This document shows positions 33,110 through 42,275 of a DNA stretch of 64,000 nucleotides, piece by piece (position 1 is the first letter of the stretch; the number at the start of each line of letters is the position of its first letter). The stretch comes from Candidatus Parcubacteria bacterium (GTDB lineage: Bacteria; Patescibacteriota; Minisyncoccia; UBA6257; HR35). Made by a program: the position numbers and the translations under genes. Under the pieces are notes generated by a model, which was not told the origin of the DNA, made no database searches, and saw only the letters and a program-made list of their open reading frames with translations. Location of the stretch: the NCBI GenBank assembly GCA_026004495.1, contig BPJG01000001.1:144582-208581 (forward strand), written 5' to 3'.

Positions 33110-34924
33110 ATGAAAATAAAAGAAATAACAAAAAAAGTAATAATTATAATTTTGTTTTTAGCTATTATTTCATCAAATTTTATATTTAAAAAAAACTTAC
33201 TGGCAAATTTAATTTATTTTTATCCCCAAAATTGTTTAGGTAGTTTTATTAATCCTGAAAAAGCCCAAGGAAAACCTGAAGTTGATAGTCCAGATTTAAT
33301 AAATGAATCAAATTCTGCTGTTTATTTAGGTGGTTTTAAAGAAATTTATTGTGGAAATTTTCAAGGACCAGAGGCTAAAGGAGACATTAAAAAAATAACA
33401 TTACATTTTAATTGGATTATCACTAAAGAAAAAAATGGGGATTCGATAATTAAACCAACCTCAACAGAATCAAATATTTTAGAAAAAATAATTCCTTCAA
33501 AAACAATAGAGTTTGAATTTAATACTTCTCCAACTCCAACACCAGAAACAACCTCAACAATTGAATCAACATCAAGCCCAGAAATAAATTTTTTATTCAA
33601 CAAAGATCAACTTCTGCGTAGTTCTGCATTATCTTCTGTTAGTTCTGCGTCAGTTCTGCGTAGTTCTGCGTTTGATCTGCGTGAGTCTGCTTTAATAAAA
33701 TTTGTCTTTGCTCAAGAAACAACAACATCGCTTGAAACAACACCAGCTACAGAATCAAACTCAGAATCAACCACTATTAATACCCAAACCGAAACAGCAA
33801 CCCAAACTATAAATGAAACTCAACAATCTTTACCAGAAAATCAATCAGCAGAGCTATCAACAACTTCTACTTCAACAAATAATCAAATAGAAAATATCAC
33901 TTCTTCTACGACTACTCAAACATTAACCACCGCTTCACCAGCTGAAAATCAAAATGAAACTAATACAACGACAACAATTTTAGAAACAACCACAACACCA
34001 ATTTTAATACCTCCTAAAACTTTATTTGAAATTCACTATACCTTAGATGGTCAAAATTGGAATTATTTAGGTAATATAAATGAAAATAATTGGCAAAATA
34101 TTTCTTTTGAAATTCCAGTAAATAATTGGCTTGATATATCAAAAATTCAAATTAAGATAAATTCTTTACCAGAAACTGATTATTATCTTTATTTAGAATC
34201 AATGTGGTTTGAGATTGAATATGAAGAAAAAAACGAAGAAGATGAAGTTTTTGATATTTTAGGGAATTATAAGACAAATATCATTGTTTCTAAAGAGAGT
34301 TTCGAGCTTGATGAAATTCCTTACTTTGAATTTAAGATTTCTAAAAACAATAATGAAAATGAAATTGACATTTCTGAAATTAAATCAATTAATATAAAAG
34401 TTTTTAATTCCAATAAGGAGCTAATTTTCCAAACCAATAAGCTGGATTTTGATTATGATTCCAAAAATTTTTCTTTTAAATTAGATAATTTTCTAAAATT
34501 ATATCCAAATAGTTATAGATTAAAAATTTATTTAAATAAATATTTAGCCGGAGAATATGATTTCAATTGGGGAGGAAATATTGTTAAAGAAGAAAAAATT
34601 GACTCAGATAAAGAATTAATATTTATTGATTTTAATAATAAAAATCAAATATGGAATTTAACAAAAAGTGATATAAATAGTTTTGAAAAGATTTGGGAAG
34701 GCAAAGAATTTCCAAATTATAAAATTATTGATAGCTATCTAATTTTAAATTTTTCAGAAACAATTTTAGGCTATGACTTATTAAGTAAAACATCTTTTAC
34801 TTATACCTTTGAAAAATCAACTTCAACAATAATTAATATCAACAATAAAAAATATTCAATTTCACCAAATTTTGATTTTTTAGAAATTAATGAATCTCCA
34901 GAAAATGAAAATCAAGTTTTCTAA
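33110..34924 (+). CDS. secreted S/T-rich surface protein (604 aa)
   Basis: Signal peptide, a long T/S/N-rich linker that is probably glycosylated, and a C-terminal globular region. Overlaps the start of the giant gene by 35 nt. Confidence 0.55.
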   Translation: MKIKEITKKVIIIILFLAIISSNFIFKKNLLANLIYFYPQNCLGSFINPEKAQGKPEVDSPDLINESNSAVYLGGFKEIYCGNFQGPEAKGDIKKITLHFNWIITKEKNGDSIIKPTSTESNILEKIIPSKTIEFEFNTSPTPTPETTSTIESTSSPEINFLFNKDQLLRSSALSSVSSASVLRSSAFDLRESALIKFVFAQETTTSLETTPATESNSESTTINTQTETATQTINETQQSLPENQSAELSTTSTSTNNQIENITSSTTTQTLTTASPAENQNETNTTTTILETTTTPILIPPKTLFEIHYTLDGQNWNYLGNINENNWQNISFEIPVNNWLDISKIQIKINSLPETDYYLYLESMWFEIEYEEKNEEDEVFDILGNYKTNIIVSKESFELDEIPYFEFKISKNNNENEIDISEIKSINIKVFNSNKELIFQTNKLDFDYDSKNFSFKLDNFLKLYPNSYRLKIYLNKYLAGEYDFNWGGNIVKEEKIDSDKELIFIDFNNKNQIWNLTKSDINSFEKIWEGKEFPNYKIIDSYLILNFSETILGYDLLSKTSFTYTFEKSTSTIININNKKYSISPNFDFLEINESPENENQVF

Positions 34925-37900
34925 AAAAGCCTTTGTAAAGGTAAGCAACTTAATTTTAACTCTAATTCTATTAATTTCGCTAAATTTTTCTTATTTTATT
35001 TTAAGTAGTTTTAAATTATCAAAACAAAAATTTAAAGATAAACTTGTTAAAGAAGCGCAGGCAGTTTCTTTTTTCCATCCCACTAATGGCATCTTAGTTA
35101 CTGGTTCAGAAACAGCTTTAAGTAATTCTAATGTTGGCTCATGGCGAGGTTTATTAGGTAATGACTCAAATTATTGGCAAGTAGCCAGAGTTAATCCTGG
35201 AGGTTTAAATCTTTTAATTTATTTTGATGGAGTTGAACTTTATGGAGCTAATAAAATGATTATTACAATTGAAGATTCAAATATTATTACTGGTGATGCT
35301 TATATTCATCAAATTTGTGATTGGGTTGATTCAACTGGAGTTGATAATCCTGCTGATACTGATTGTACTGGTGGTGGTTGGCGAACATTAAATCCAAGAA
35401 AAACAACCTATACTAATATTGCTGATACTATTAGATCTTATGAAATATATAATGGTTATTTTTCAACCAGAGCAGCCTCTCCAGGAACGGTAATTAATAC
35501 TCCTTTATCTAATTTTATTGAACCAACAAATAAAAGAGTCTTAATAAGAGTGTATTCAACTGTCAATTCAACAACTAATTTAAGAATTGATTGGGCGCAA
35601 ATTGAAGTCGCTATTGATCCCTTTTATCAAAATGCTGGTATAACCTTAACTTCAGCTGGAGCAACAACTAACTTTATCTCTGACCTAATTGGTGCTCCTT
35701 ATCCTGGACCCAATAGTTCTGATAATGTTAAATTAACAATTCCTATGCCAGCAGCTAATCAACCAATTGATTTCTATTTCTCTTTTAAAAATGTCAAAAC
35801 TTATACTGGAATGAATACTATTTTAGTTGTTCCTGAAATTTGTGTTTCTAATACAGCTCTAACTTTTGATGTTTATTTGTGGAATTTTACTACTAATTCT
35901 TGGACTAAAAGACCAGGAACAGCTATTACTGGAACTGCTTGTACTACTGATACTGAATATGGTTTTGCTTTTAATCAATATACTATATCTGGTTTTAATT
36001 TAGATGATTATATTTCTAATGGTGAAATTAGAGTTAGGTTTTTAACCAATAATCCAGCTACTGTTTATAATATCCAACTTGATAGAATTTATATCTTTTT
36101 AGGTTCAGTTAATACTAATTCCTCAGCCTGTGAAATATCTTGGGGAACAGGAACAGCTTCAGATTGTGTTAATACCAGAGATATGAACGAAGGTTTAACT
36201 GCTAATCCAACAACTCTTACTTGGCAAACAGGAGCAGTAATTGAATATCCTGCTGGCTATCATCCCTTAGATAACGATGATGATATTACTAATGGTGAAT
36301 ATGCTTTTTCTTCTAATTTAGATTTTCCAGTAACTTTATCTTCTAATATGTCAGTAACTGCTATTCATTATGCTGGCAAATATAGATCAAATGCAACTTC
36401 AATTACCGTTAAACCATCAATTAGAGTTTATGGAGGTTTACCTGGTATTTATAGGAAAGCAGCAGGTTCTGGTTGGCGTGATACTCCCGGATCTGGTACT
36501 AATGCAGCTACTACTTATTCTTATTTTGATACCTTTAGAGTTCCTGAACTTCAAGTTGATGCACCAGATCATATTGATACAGTTAATAATCGAATGAATA
36601 TGAGATTAAGAACTTCAGCTTCAACTAATACTGCTGGTGGTGTAACTAGAGATTGGGATTTTGCAATGATGAGTATTAGATGGGTGGAAGAACCAAATAG
36701 AGTAACAATTACTAAAAATTTCCACCCCACTAACGGTATTTTAGTTACTGGTTCAGAAACAGCTTTAAGTAATTCTAATGTTGGCTCATGGCGAGGTTTA
36801 TTAGGTAATGACTCAAATTATTGGCAAGTAGCCAGAGTTAATCCTGGAGGTTTAAATCTTTTAATTTATTTTGATGGAGTTGAACTTTATGGAGCTAATA
36901 AAATGATTATTACAATTGAAGATTCAAATATTATTACTGGTGATGCTTATATTCATCAAATTTGTGATTGGGTTGATTCAACTGGAGTTGATAATCCTGC
37001 TGATACTGATTGTACTGGTGGTGGTTGGCGAACATTAAATCCAAGAAAAACAACCTATACTAATATTGCTGATACTATTAGATCTTATGAAATATATAAT
37101 GGTTATTTTTCAACCAGAGCAGCCTCTCCAGGAACGGTAATTAATACTCCTTTATCTAATTTTATTGAACCAACAAATAAAAGAGTCTTAATAAGAGTGT
37201 ATTCAACTGTCAATTCAACAACTAATTTAAGAATTGATTGGGCGCAAATTGAAGTCGCTATTGATCCCTTTTATCAAAATGCTGGTATAACCTTAACTTC
37301 AGCTGGAGCAACAACTAACTTTATCTCTGACCTAATTGGTGCTCCTTATCCTGGACCCAATAGTTCTGATAATGTTAAATTAACAATTCCTATGCCAGCA
37401 GCTAATCAACCAATTGATTTCTATTTCTCTTTTAAAAATGTCAAAACTTATACTGGAATGAATACTATTTTAGTTGTTCCTGAAATTTGTGTTTCTAATA
37501 CAGCTCTAACTTTTGATGTTTATTTGTGGAATTTTACTACTAATTCTTGGACTAAAAGACCAGGAACAGCTATTACTGGAACTGCTTGTACTACTGATAC
37601 TGAATATGGTTTTGCTTTTAATCAATATACTATATCTGGTTTTAATTTAGATGATTATATTTCTAATGGTGAAATTAGAGTTAGGTTTTTAACCAATAAT
37701 CCAGCTACTGTTTATAATATCCAACTTGATAGAATTTATATCTTTTTAGGTTCAGTTAATACTAATTCCTCAGCCTGTGAAATATCTTGGGGAACAGGAA
37801 CAGCTTCAGATTGTGTTAATACCAGAGATATGAACGAAGGTTTAACTGCTAATCCAACAACTCTTACTTGGCAAACAGGAGCAGTAATTGAATATCCTGC

Positions 37901-38828
37901 TGGCTATCATCCCTTAGATAACGATGATGATATTACTAATGGTGAATATGCTTTTTCTTCTAATTTAGATTTTCCAGTAACTTTATCTTCTAATATGTCA
38001 GTAACTGCTATTCATTATGCTGGCAAATATAGATCAAATGCAACTTCAATTACCGTTAAACCATCAATTAGAGTTTATGGAGGTTTACCTGGTATTTATA
38101 GGAAAGCAGCAGGTTCTGGTTGGCGTGATACTCCCGGATCTGATACTAATGCAGCTACTACTTATTCTTATTTTGATACCTTTAGAGTTCCTGAACTTCA
38201 AGTTGATGCACCAGATCATATTGATACAGTTAATAATCGAATGAATATGAGATTAAGAACTTCAGCTTCAACTAATACTGCTGGTGGTGTAACTAGAGAT
38301 TGGGATTTTGCAATGATGAGTATTAGATGGGTGGAAAGACCATTTGCACCACCAACAATTACTTGCTCTTTTTCAGCAACTTCAACTTCTTTTTCAAGTT
38401 TATCTCCTTCAGCTGTTTCTACTTCTTCACCTGATATAACAATTACCGTTACCTCTTCTGCTGGTTTTATAATTTCTGTTAATAATGCTGGAGATGGAAC
38501 TAACCCAGGTCTTTATAAATCAACTGCGCCAACATATTTAATTCCTTCACCCGATTCTTCATTTTCTGCAACTGCAACTTTATTTGCTGGCACAGATGGG
38601 TATGGTATTCAAGCAACAACGACTAATTCAAATATAAATATTAATGTAAGGTATAATGTTAGTGGATATACTGTTGGAGGTTTGACAACAACAACCATTA
38701 CTTTGGCAAGCTCTTCAGCTTCTGTTTCTTCGGCTCAAATTACTATTAAACACAAAGCATCTATTTCAGCCTTAGCACCAATAGGAAATTATCAGGATAC
38801 AATAACATATAGTTGCACAAGCCCGTAG
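34890..38828 (+). CDS. giant surface protein (1312 aa) with internal 549-aa tandem duplication and C-terminal SCPU/CsuA-B-like beta-sandwich domain
   Basis: N-terminal TM/signal. Two near-identical 549-aa units. The C-terminal ~160 aa resemble the stand-alone protein at 39426..40085 and pilin-like SCPU domains (see findings). Confidence 0.7.
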   Translation: MNLQKMKIKFSKKAFVKVSNLILTLILLISLNFSYFILSSFKLSKQKFKDKLVKEAQAVSFFHPTNGILVTGSETALSNSNVGSWRGLLGNDSNYWQVARVNPGGLNLLIYFDGVELYGANKMIITIEDSNIITGDAYIHQICDWVDSTGVDNPADTDCTGGGWRTLNPRKTTYTNIADTIRSYEIYNGYFSTRAASPGTVINTPLSNFIEPTNKRVLIRVYSTVNSTTNLRIDWAQIEVAIDPFYQNAGITLTSAGATTNFISDLIGAPYPGPNSSDNVKLTIPMPAANQPIDFYFSFKNVKTYTGMNTILVVPEICVSNTALTFDVYLWNFTTNSWTKRPGTAITGTACTTDTEYGFAFNQYTISGFNLDDYISNGEIRVRFLTNNPATVYNIQLDRIYIFLGSVNTNSSACEISWGTGTASDCVNTRDMNEGLTANPTTLTWQTGAVIEYPAGYHPLDNDDDITNGEYAFSSNLDFPVTLSSNMSVTAIHYAGKYRSNATSITVKPSIRVYGGLPGIYRKAAGSGWRDTPGSGTNAATTYSYFDTFRVPELQVDAPDHIDTVNNRMNMRLRTSASTNTAGGVTRDWDFAMMSIRWVEEPNRVTITKNFHPTNGILVTGSETALSNSNVGSWRGLLGNDSNYWQVARVNPGGLNLLIYFDGVELYGANKMIITIEDSNIITGDAYIHQICDWVDSTGVDNPADTDCTGGGWRTLNPRKTTYTNIADTIRSYEIYNGYFSTRAASPGTVINTPLSNFIEPTNKRVLIRVYSTVNSTTNLRIDWAQIEVAIDPFYQNAGITLTSAGATTNFISDLIGAPYPGPNSSDNVKLTIPMPAANQPIDFYFSFKNVKTYTGMNTILVVPEICVSNTALTFDVYLWNFTTNSWTKRPGTAITGTACTTDTEYGFAFNQYTISGFNLDDYISNGEIRVRFLTNNPATVYNIQLDRIYIFLGSVNTNSSACEISWGTGTASDCVNTRDMNEGLTANPTTLTWQTGAVIEYPAGYHPLDNDDDITNGEYAFSSNLDFPVTLSSNMSVTAIHYAGKYRSNATSITVKPSIRVYGGLPGIYRKAAGSGWRDTPGSDTNAATTYSYFDTFRVPELQVDAPDHIDTVNNRMNMRLRTSASTNTAGGVTRDWDFAMMSIRWVERPFAPPTITCSFSATSTSFSSLSPSAVSTSSPDITITVTSSAGFIISVNNAGDGTNPGLYKSTAPTYLIPSPDSSFSATATLFAGTDGYGIQATTTNSNININVRYNVSGYTVGGLTTTTITLASSSASVSSAQITIKHKASISALAPIGNYQDTITYSCTSP
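35075..38368. repeat. direct tandem duplication, 2 x 1647 bp, near-identical, inside the giant gene
   Basis: The landmark GTTACTGGTTCAGAAACAGC occurs at 35097 and 36744, an offset of 1647. The translated copies differ at only a few residues, e.g. SGTNAAT vs SDTNAAT. Confidence 0.9.
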
Positions 38829-38880
38829 TTAGTAGCTAGTATCTAGTAGCTAGTAAGTAGTAGCTAAAATCTAGTAGTTA
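38826..38880. repeat. TAG/CTAG-rich repeat R1 (TAGTAGCTAGTATCTAGTAGCTAGTAAGTAGTAGCT)
   Basis: Lies directly after the stop of the giant gene. Related copies are at 39255..39333 (inverted) and 40083..40130 (direct). Confidence 0.7.
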
Positions 38881-38886
38881 AATAAA

Positions 38887-39135
38887 ATGAAAACAAAATC
38901 TTTTAAGGAATTAATAGTTTGGCAAAGAGCAAAAGAATTAACAATAGAAGCTTATAAATTAACATCAAAATTTCCAAAATCAGAACTTTTTGGCTTAACA
39001 AGTCAAATGAGAAGATCGGCAATTTCTATTTCTTCAAATATTGCTGAAAGTTATAATCGATTTCATTCAAAAGAGAAAAAACAATTTTTAGCTGTTGCTT
39101 TTAGCTCCGGAGCAGAATTAGAAAGTCAGATTTAA
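38887..39135 (+). pseudogene. four-helix-bundle protein of the 23S rRNA intervening-sequence / Avd-like family, truncated by in-frame TAA
   Basis: Family pattern WQRAKEL...FPK.E.FGLTSQMRRSAISI.SNIAE...R....E...FL..A.SS..ELE.Q stops at ELESQI-TAA. The same frame continues IAKSL..., which is where family members continue (LIIAK.LGY...). Confidence 0.6.
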
Positions 39136-39254
39136 ATTGCTAAATCATTAATTTCCAGATTTAGATTATTCAAAAGTAGAAACTCTTATTATGGATATTA
39201 TGAAAATGTTAAATAAAAATTATTAATAAAAAATAAAAAAAATCAAAAAACAAC

Positions 39255-39333
39255 CTACTATTAGATTCTATTTACTAATTTCTAAATTCTATCCTGTATC
39301 TACTAGATCCTACTTACTAGCTTCTAGATTCTG
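39255..39333. repeat. TAG-rich repeat R2, inverted relative to R1/R3 (..CTACTAGATCCTACTTACTAGCTTCTAGATTCTG)
   Basis: Its reverse complement contains GCTAGTAAGTAG and CTAGTAG, as in R1. Confidence 0.65.
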
Positions 39334-39425
39334 TTCAATATTGTGGGAAAAATTTTTTGATGAAATATGATATAATTAAAAAATGAGTTTTCCTGTAGTG
39401 AAACTATAGTTTTTGCTACGGGGGA

Positions 39426-40085
39426 TTGGTCGAAATTAATAAAAAAAATAAAATGAAAAAAGTAAATACATTTCAAAGCTTGATCATTTTGATAAGCATA
39501 TTTTTAGCTATTTATTTTATTTCTGAGTTGTTTATTATACCATCGTCTATTTTAAAGGCTCAAACTAATGTTACTGTTTCAGCAACTGTGACAACAAGTG
39601 TTACTTGTAATTTTTCAACAACAACTACTAATTTTGGTACTATCGATACAAGTGCCGTCTATACTTCTTTGCCTAATGTAACAGCAACTGTTTCTTGTAA
39701 TCCAGCTGCAGGATGTAAGGTAGAAATTAACGATCAAGGATCTGGATCTCAGCCAGGTTTATGGAATTCAACAGCTTCTCATTTAATTCCTTCACCAGAT
39801 TCTGCATTCTCAGCAACTGCAAATTTAGTGGCTGGAACAGAAGGTTATGGAATTCAAGCAGCAACAACTTCAGCTGGATCTGGCGCAACTCTTTCTTTAA
39901 ATTCGAGATATATCCAAACTGGAAATACCGTTGGAGGATTAACAACAACAACTATTCAATTAGCCTCTTCGACATCACCAATATCAAACAGAGAAATTGT
40001 TGTTACTCATAAAGCAGCTGTTTCAAGTTTAACTCCAGCAGGTAATTATCAAGATACAATAACTTATAGTTGTTCATCGAATTAG
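39426..40085 (+). CDS. secreted SCPU/CsuA-B-like beta-sandwich protein (pilin-like), paralog of the giant protein C-terminus
   Basis: Signal peptide. NVTVSATVTTSVTCNF...NFGTID (cf. SCPU TFQVSATVxASCxV...FGTYD) and C-terminal AGNYQDTITYSCSS (cf. AGSYSDTVTVTVTY). Aligns with giant-protein residues ~1150-1312 (GL..STA..LIPSPDS.FSATA.L.AGT.GYGIQA.TT...GGLTTTTI.LASS...KA..S.L.P.GNYQDTITYSC). Confidence 0.55.
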   Translation: MVEINKKNKMKKVNTFQSLIILISIFLAIYFISELFIIPSSILKAQTNVTVSATVTTSVTCNFSTTTTNFGTIDTSAVYTSLPNVTATVSCNPAAGCKVEINDQGSGSQPGLWNSTASHLIPSPDSAFSATANLVAGTEGYGIQAATTSAGSGATLSLNSRYIQTGNTVGGLTTTTIQLASSTSPISNREIVVTHKAAVSSLTPAGNYQDTITYSCSSN

Positions 40086-40130
40086 TAGCTAATAGTTAGA
40101 AGCTAGTATCTAGAAGCTAGTATCTAGTAA
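40083..40130. repeat. TAG-rich repeat R3 (TAGTAGCTAATAGTTAGAAGCTAGTATCTAGAAGCTAGTATCTAGTAA)
   Basis: Same orientation and motif family as R1. Lies immediately after the stop of the SCPU-like gene. Confidence 0.65.
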
Positions 40131-40160
40131 TTAAAAACAATTTTTATAAAATTTAAAACA

Positions 40161-41075
40161 ATGAAAAATTATAAAAATAATTCAATAATTTACTTTCTTT
40201 TAGTTTCTATTTTCTATTTACTAGCTACTAATTTATTGGCTACTAATTTTGTTTTTGCCTTAACTGTTGGGCCAGCGAAATTAGAATTTATAACCGATCC
40301 AGGCCAAACTTTAGAATTTAGTTTATTTGTGAGAAACGATAGCGATTACGATAATAAATATCAAATTATTGTTGAAGGATTTACTGAAGAAGGAGGCGAA
40401 AGAAAATATATTGAAAATCCACCAGAAGTAACTTGGGTTGAAACACCAAAAGATATTTTTCTCAAAGCCAAAGAAGATAAAAATGTTCCAATAAAAATTA
40501 ATGTTCCTAAAGATGCTCCACCAGGAGGTCATTTTTTAGTTTTATGGGTAAGCACAAAGCCTGAAGGAGGTCAAGTAGCAATTGTCTCAAGAGTTGGCTC
40601 TTTAGTTTTTATTAATGTTTCAGGAAATGCAATTTATAAAGCTTATATCAGTGAATTAAAAGCTCCAAAATTTGCTTGGAATTTTCCAGTAAAATTTTCT
40701 TATGTAATTAAAAATGAAGGTAACACTTATATCACACCAAAAGGAGATATTGAAATTAAAAATATTTTTGGCAGATTAATTGCTGATTTACCAATAAATC
40801 CAAGAGAGCTTCAAGTTTTACCTAATACTTCAAAAAATTTTGAGCAAGAATGGAAAGCAAATTTTGCTCTTGGTATTTATAAAGCTATTTTTAATTTAGA
40901 ATATGCTAATTCAAGAGATTCTTTAACTCATTGGCTTATTTTTATTGATCTCAAAGCCCTGATAATAATTTTACTTATTCTTATTTTTGCAATCTTCTTC
41001 TTACCAAGATTGATTAAAAAATATAATGAATGGATAATTAAAAAGTATACGCAAAATAAAAATATAAATGAATGA
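40161..41075 (+). CDS. secreted beta-sandwich (Ig/CARDB/DUF916-like) protein with C-terminal TM anchor
   Basis: Signal peptide, about 250 aa predicted all-beta (TVGPAKLEFITDPGQTLEFSLFVRNDS...), C-terminal hydrophobic helix plus a basic tail. The family assignment is tentative. Confidence 0.45.
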   Translation: MKNYKNNSIIYFLLVSIFYLLATNLLATNFVFALTVGPAKLEFITDPGQTLEFSLFVRNDSDYDNKYQIIVEGFTEEGGERKYIENPPEVTWVETPKDIFLKAKEDKNVPIKINVPKDAPPGGHFLVLWVSTKPEGGQVAIVSRVGSLVFINVSGNAIYKAYISELKAPKFAWNFPVKFSYVIKNEGNTYITPKGDIEIKNIFGRLIADLPINPRELQVLPNTSKNFEQEWKANFALGIYKAIFNLEYANSRDSLTHWLIFIDLKALIIILLILIFAIFFLPRLIKKYNEWIIKKYTQNKNINE

Positions 41076-42124
41076 ATTTAAGAATAATTTCAATAATTTT
41101 TTTAATATTTGTTTCTATATTTATATTATTTTATTCTTTTACTTATCTTAAATCTGCTTCGATAAATATTAAAGCTTTTGTGCCTGGTATTTGTGGAAAT
41201 AATTTTAAAGAACCAGGAGAAGAATGTGATGGCCCTGATTTAGGAGGTCAAAGTTGTGTTTCTTTAGGTTATTCAGGCGGAACCTTATCTTGTAATTCTA
41301 ATTGTACTTTTAATACTTCTCAATGTACCATTTCTCCGCCAAGTAGTGGAGGAGGTGGGGGAGGCAGTGGATCGTACATTCCCTCTTATGGAACAGTTAT
41401 TCTTTCAGGAAGGGCTCAACCGAATAGTGATGTTACTTTAATGTCTGATGGTCAAATTAAAGCTGTTATCAAGGTTGATGCTGATGGAAAATTTAGATTT
41501 ACTATTTCAAATTTAACTCCAGGAAATTACATATTTACCTTATATGCTGAAGATATTGAAGGAAGAAGAACAAGTTTGCATTCAATTCCAACAGTAGTTA
41601 CTGCAGGACTGACAATTGAAATAGGCAGTATTTTTCTTTCACCAACAATTGACATTGATAAAACTCAAGTTAGGCGAGGAGAGATCTTAAGAATTTTTGG
41701 CCAAACAGCTCCTGAATCTAATGTTTTAATTGTTGTTTCTTCCGAAAAAGAGTTATATTTTCAAACTCAAGCAGAAAAAGATGGAAGTTATTTATATGCT
41801 TTCAATACTATTGACTTAGATTATGGCCAACATTTAACAAAATCAAGATCAATTTTAGCTAATCAATTAGTTAGTCCTTTTTCAAGATCTTTAAACTTTC
41901 AAGTCTCGACAAGTTCAATAGCTAAAAAACCAACAAAATGTCCATTAAAAGGAGATTTAAATAATGATTGTCGAGTAAATTTAATTGATTTTTCAATTGC
42001 CGCTTATTGGTATAAAAGAAAATTAAGTCCAAGTTTTACTAAAATTGAAAAAGAAAATTTAAATGGAGATGGAAAGGTCGATTTAGTCGATTTTAGTATT
42101 ATGGCTTATTGGTGGACGGGGTAA
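41072..42124 (+). CDS. dockerin-domain protein with N-terminal anchor, Cys-rich module, Gly linker and Ig-like domains
   Basis: The C-terminus has two canonical dockerin Ca-binding repeats: GDLNNDCRVNLIDFSIAAYWYKRK and NLNGDGKVDLVDFSIMAYWW. The N-terminal region carries 8 Cys (CGNNFKEPGEECDG...SCVS...SCNSNCTF..SQC) followed by GGGGGGSG. Confidence 0.7.
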   Translation: MNLRIISIIFLIFVSIFILFYSFTYLKSASINIKAFVPGICGNNFKEPGEECDGPDLGGQSCVSLGYSGGTLSCNSNCTFNTSQCTISPPSSGGGGGGSGSYIPSYGTVILSGRAQPNSDVTLMSDGQIKAVIKVDADGKFRFTISNLTPGNYIFTLYAEDIEGRRTSLHSIPTVVTAGLTIEIGSIFLSPTIDIDKTQVRRGEILRIFGQTAPESNVLIVVSSEKELYFQTQAEKDGSYLYAFNTIDLDYGQHLTKSRSILANQLVSPFSRSLNFQVSTSSIAKKPTKCPLKGDLNNDCRVNLIDFSIAAYWYKRKLSPSFTKIEKENLNGDGKVDLVDFSIMAYWWTG

Positions 42125-42127
42125 TAG

Positions 42128-42224
42128 CCACACGAATGCCAACGAATCAAATAAGCACACGAATGGCAACGAATTATATAATATTTGTGTGCAATTCGTG
42201 TTAATACACGAATGGCGATGAATT
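42128..42224. repeat. repeat family 2, left copy: tandem CACACGAATGGCAACGAAT units plus an internal inverted copy
   Basis: CACACGAATGCCAACGAAT, CACACGAATGGCAACGAAT, and GTGTGCAATTCGTGTTAATACACGAATGGCGATGAAT. Confidence 0.7.
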
Positions 42225-42275
42225 AAAATATAGAATTAGTAACAATTTGTGTAATTATGTACGAATAATAAAAAA

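Noticed and set aside
36370-38244. Identical 75-aa ORFs 36370..36597 and 38017..38244 (plus strand, alternative frame)
   Set aside because: They are the same frame-shifted reading of the two tandem repeat copies inside the giant gene. Duplication artefact, not genes.
34890-40130. Diversity-generating retroelement (Avd-like gene next to an adhesin with a duplicated C-terminal domain)
   Set aside because: No reverse-transcriptase ORF in the window. The two related C-terminal regions differ by mixed substitutions rather than adenine-specific ones. The Avd-like gene is truncated.
39727-40532. ORFs 39727..39951(-), 39761..40012(+), 40323..40532(-)
   Set aside because: Overlap better-supported genes (the SCPU-like gene and the beta-sandwich gene) in other frames. 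No motifs.
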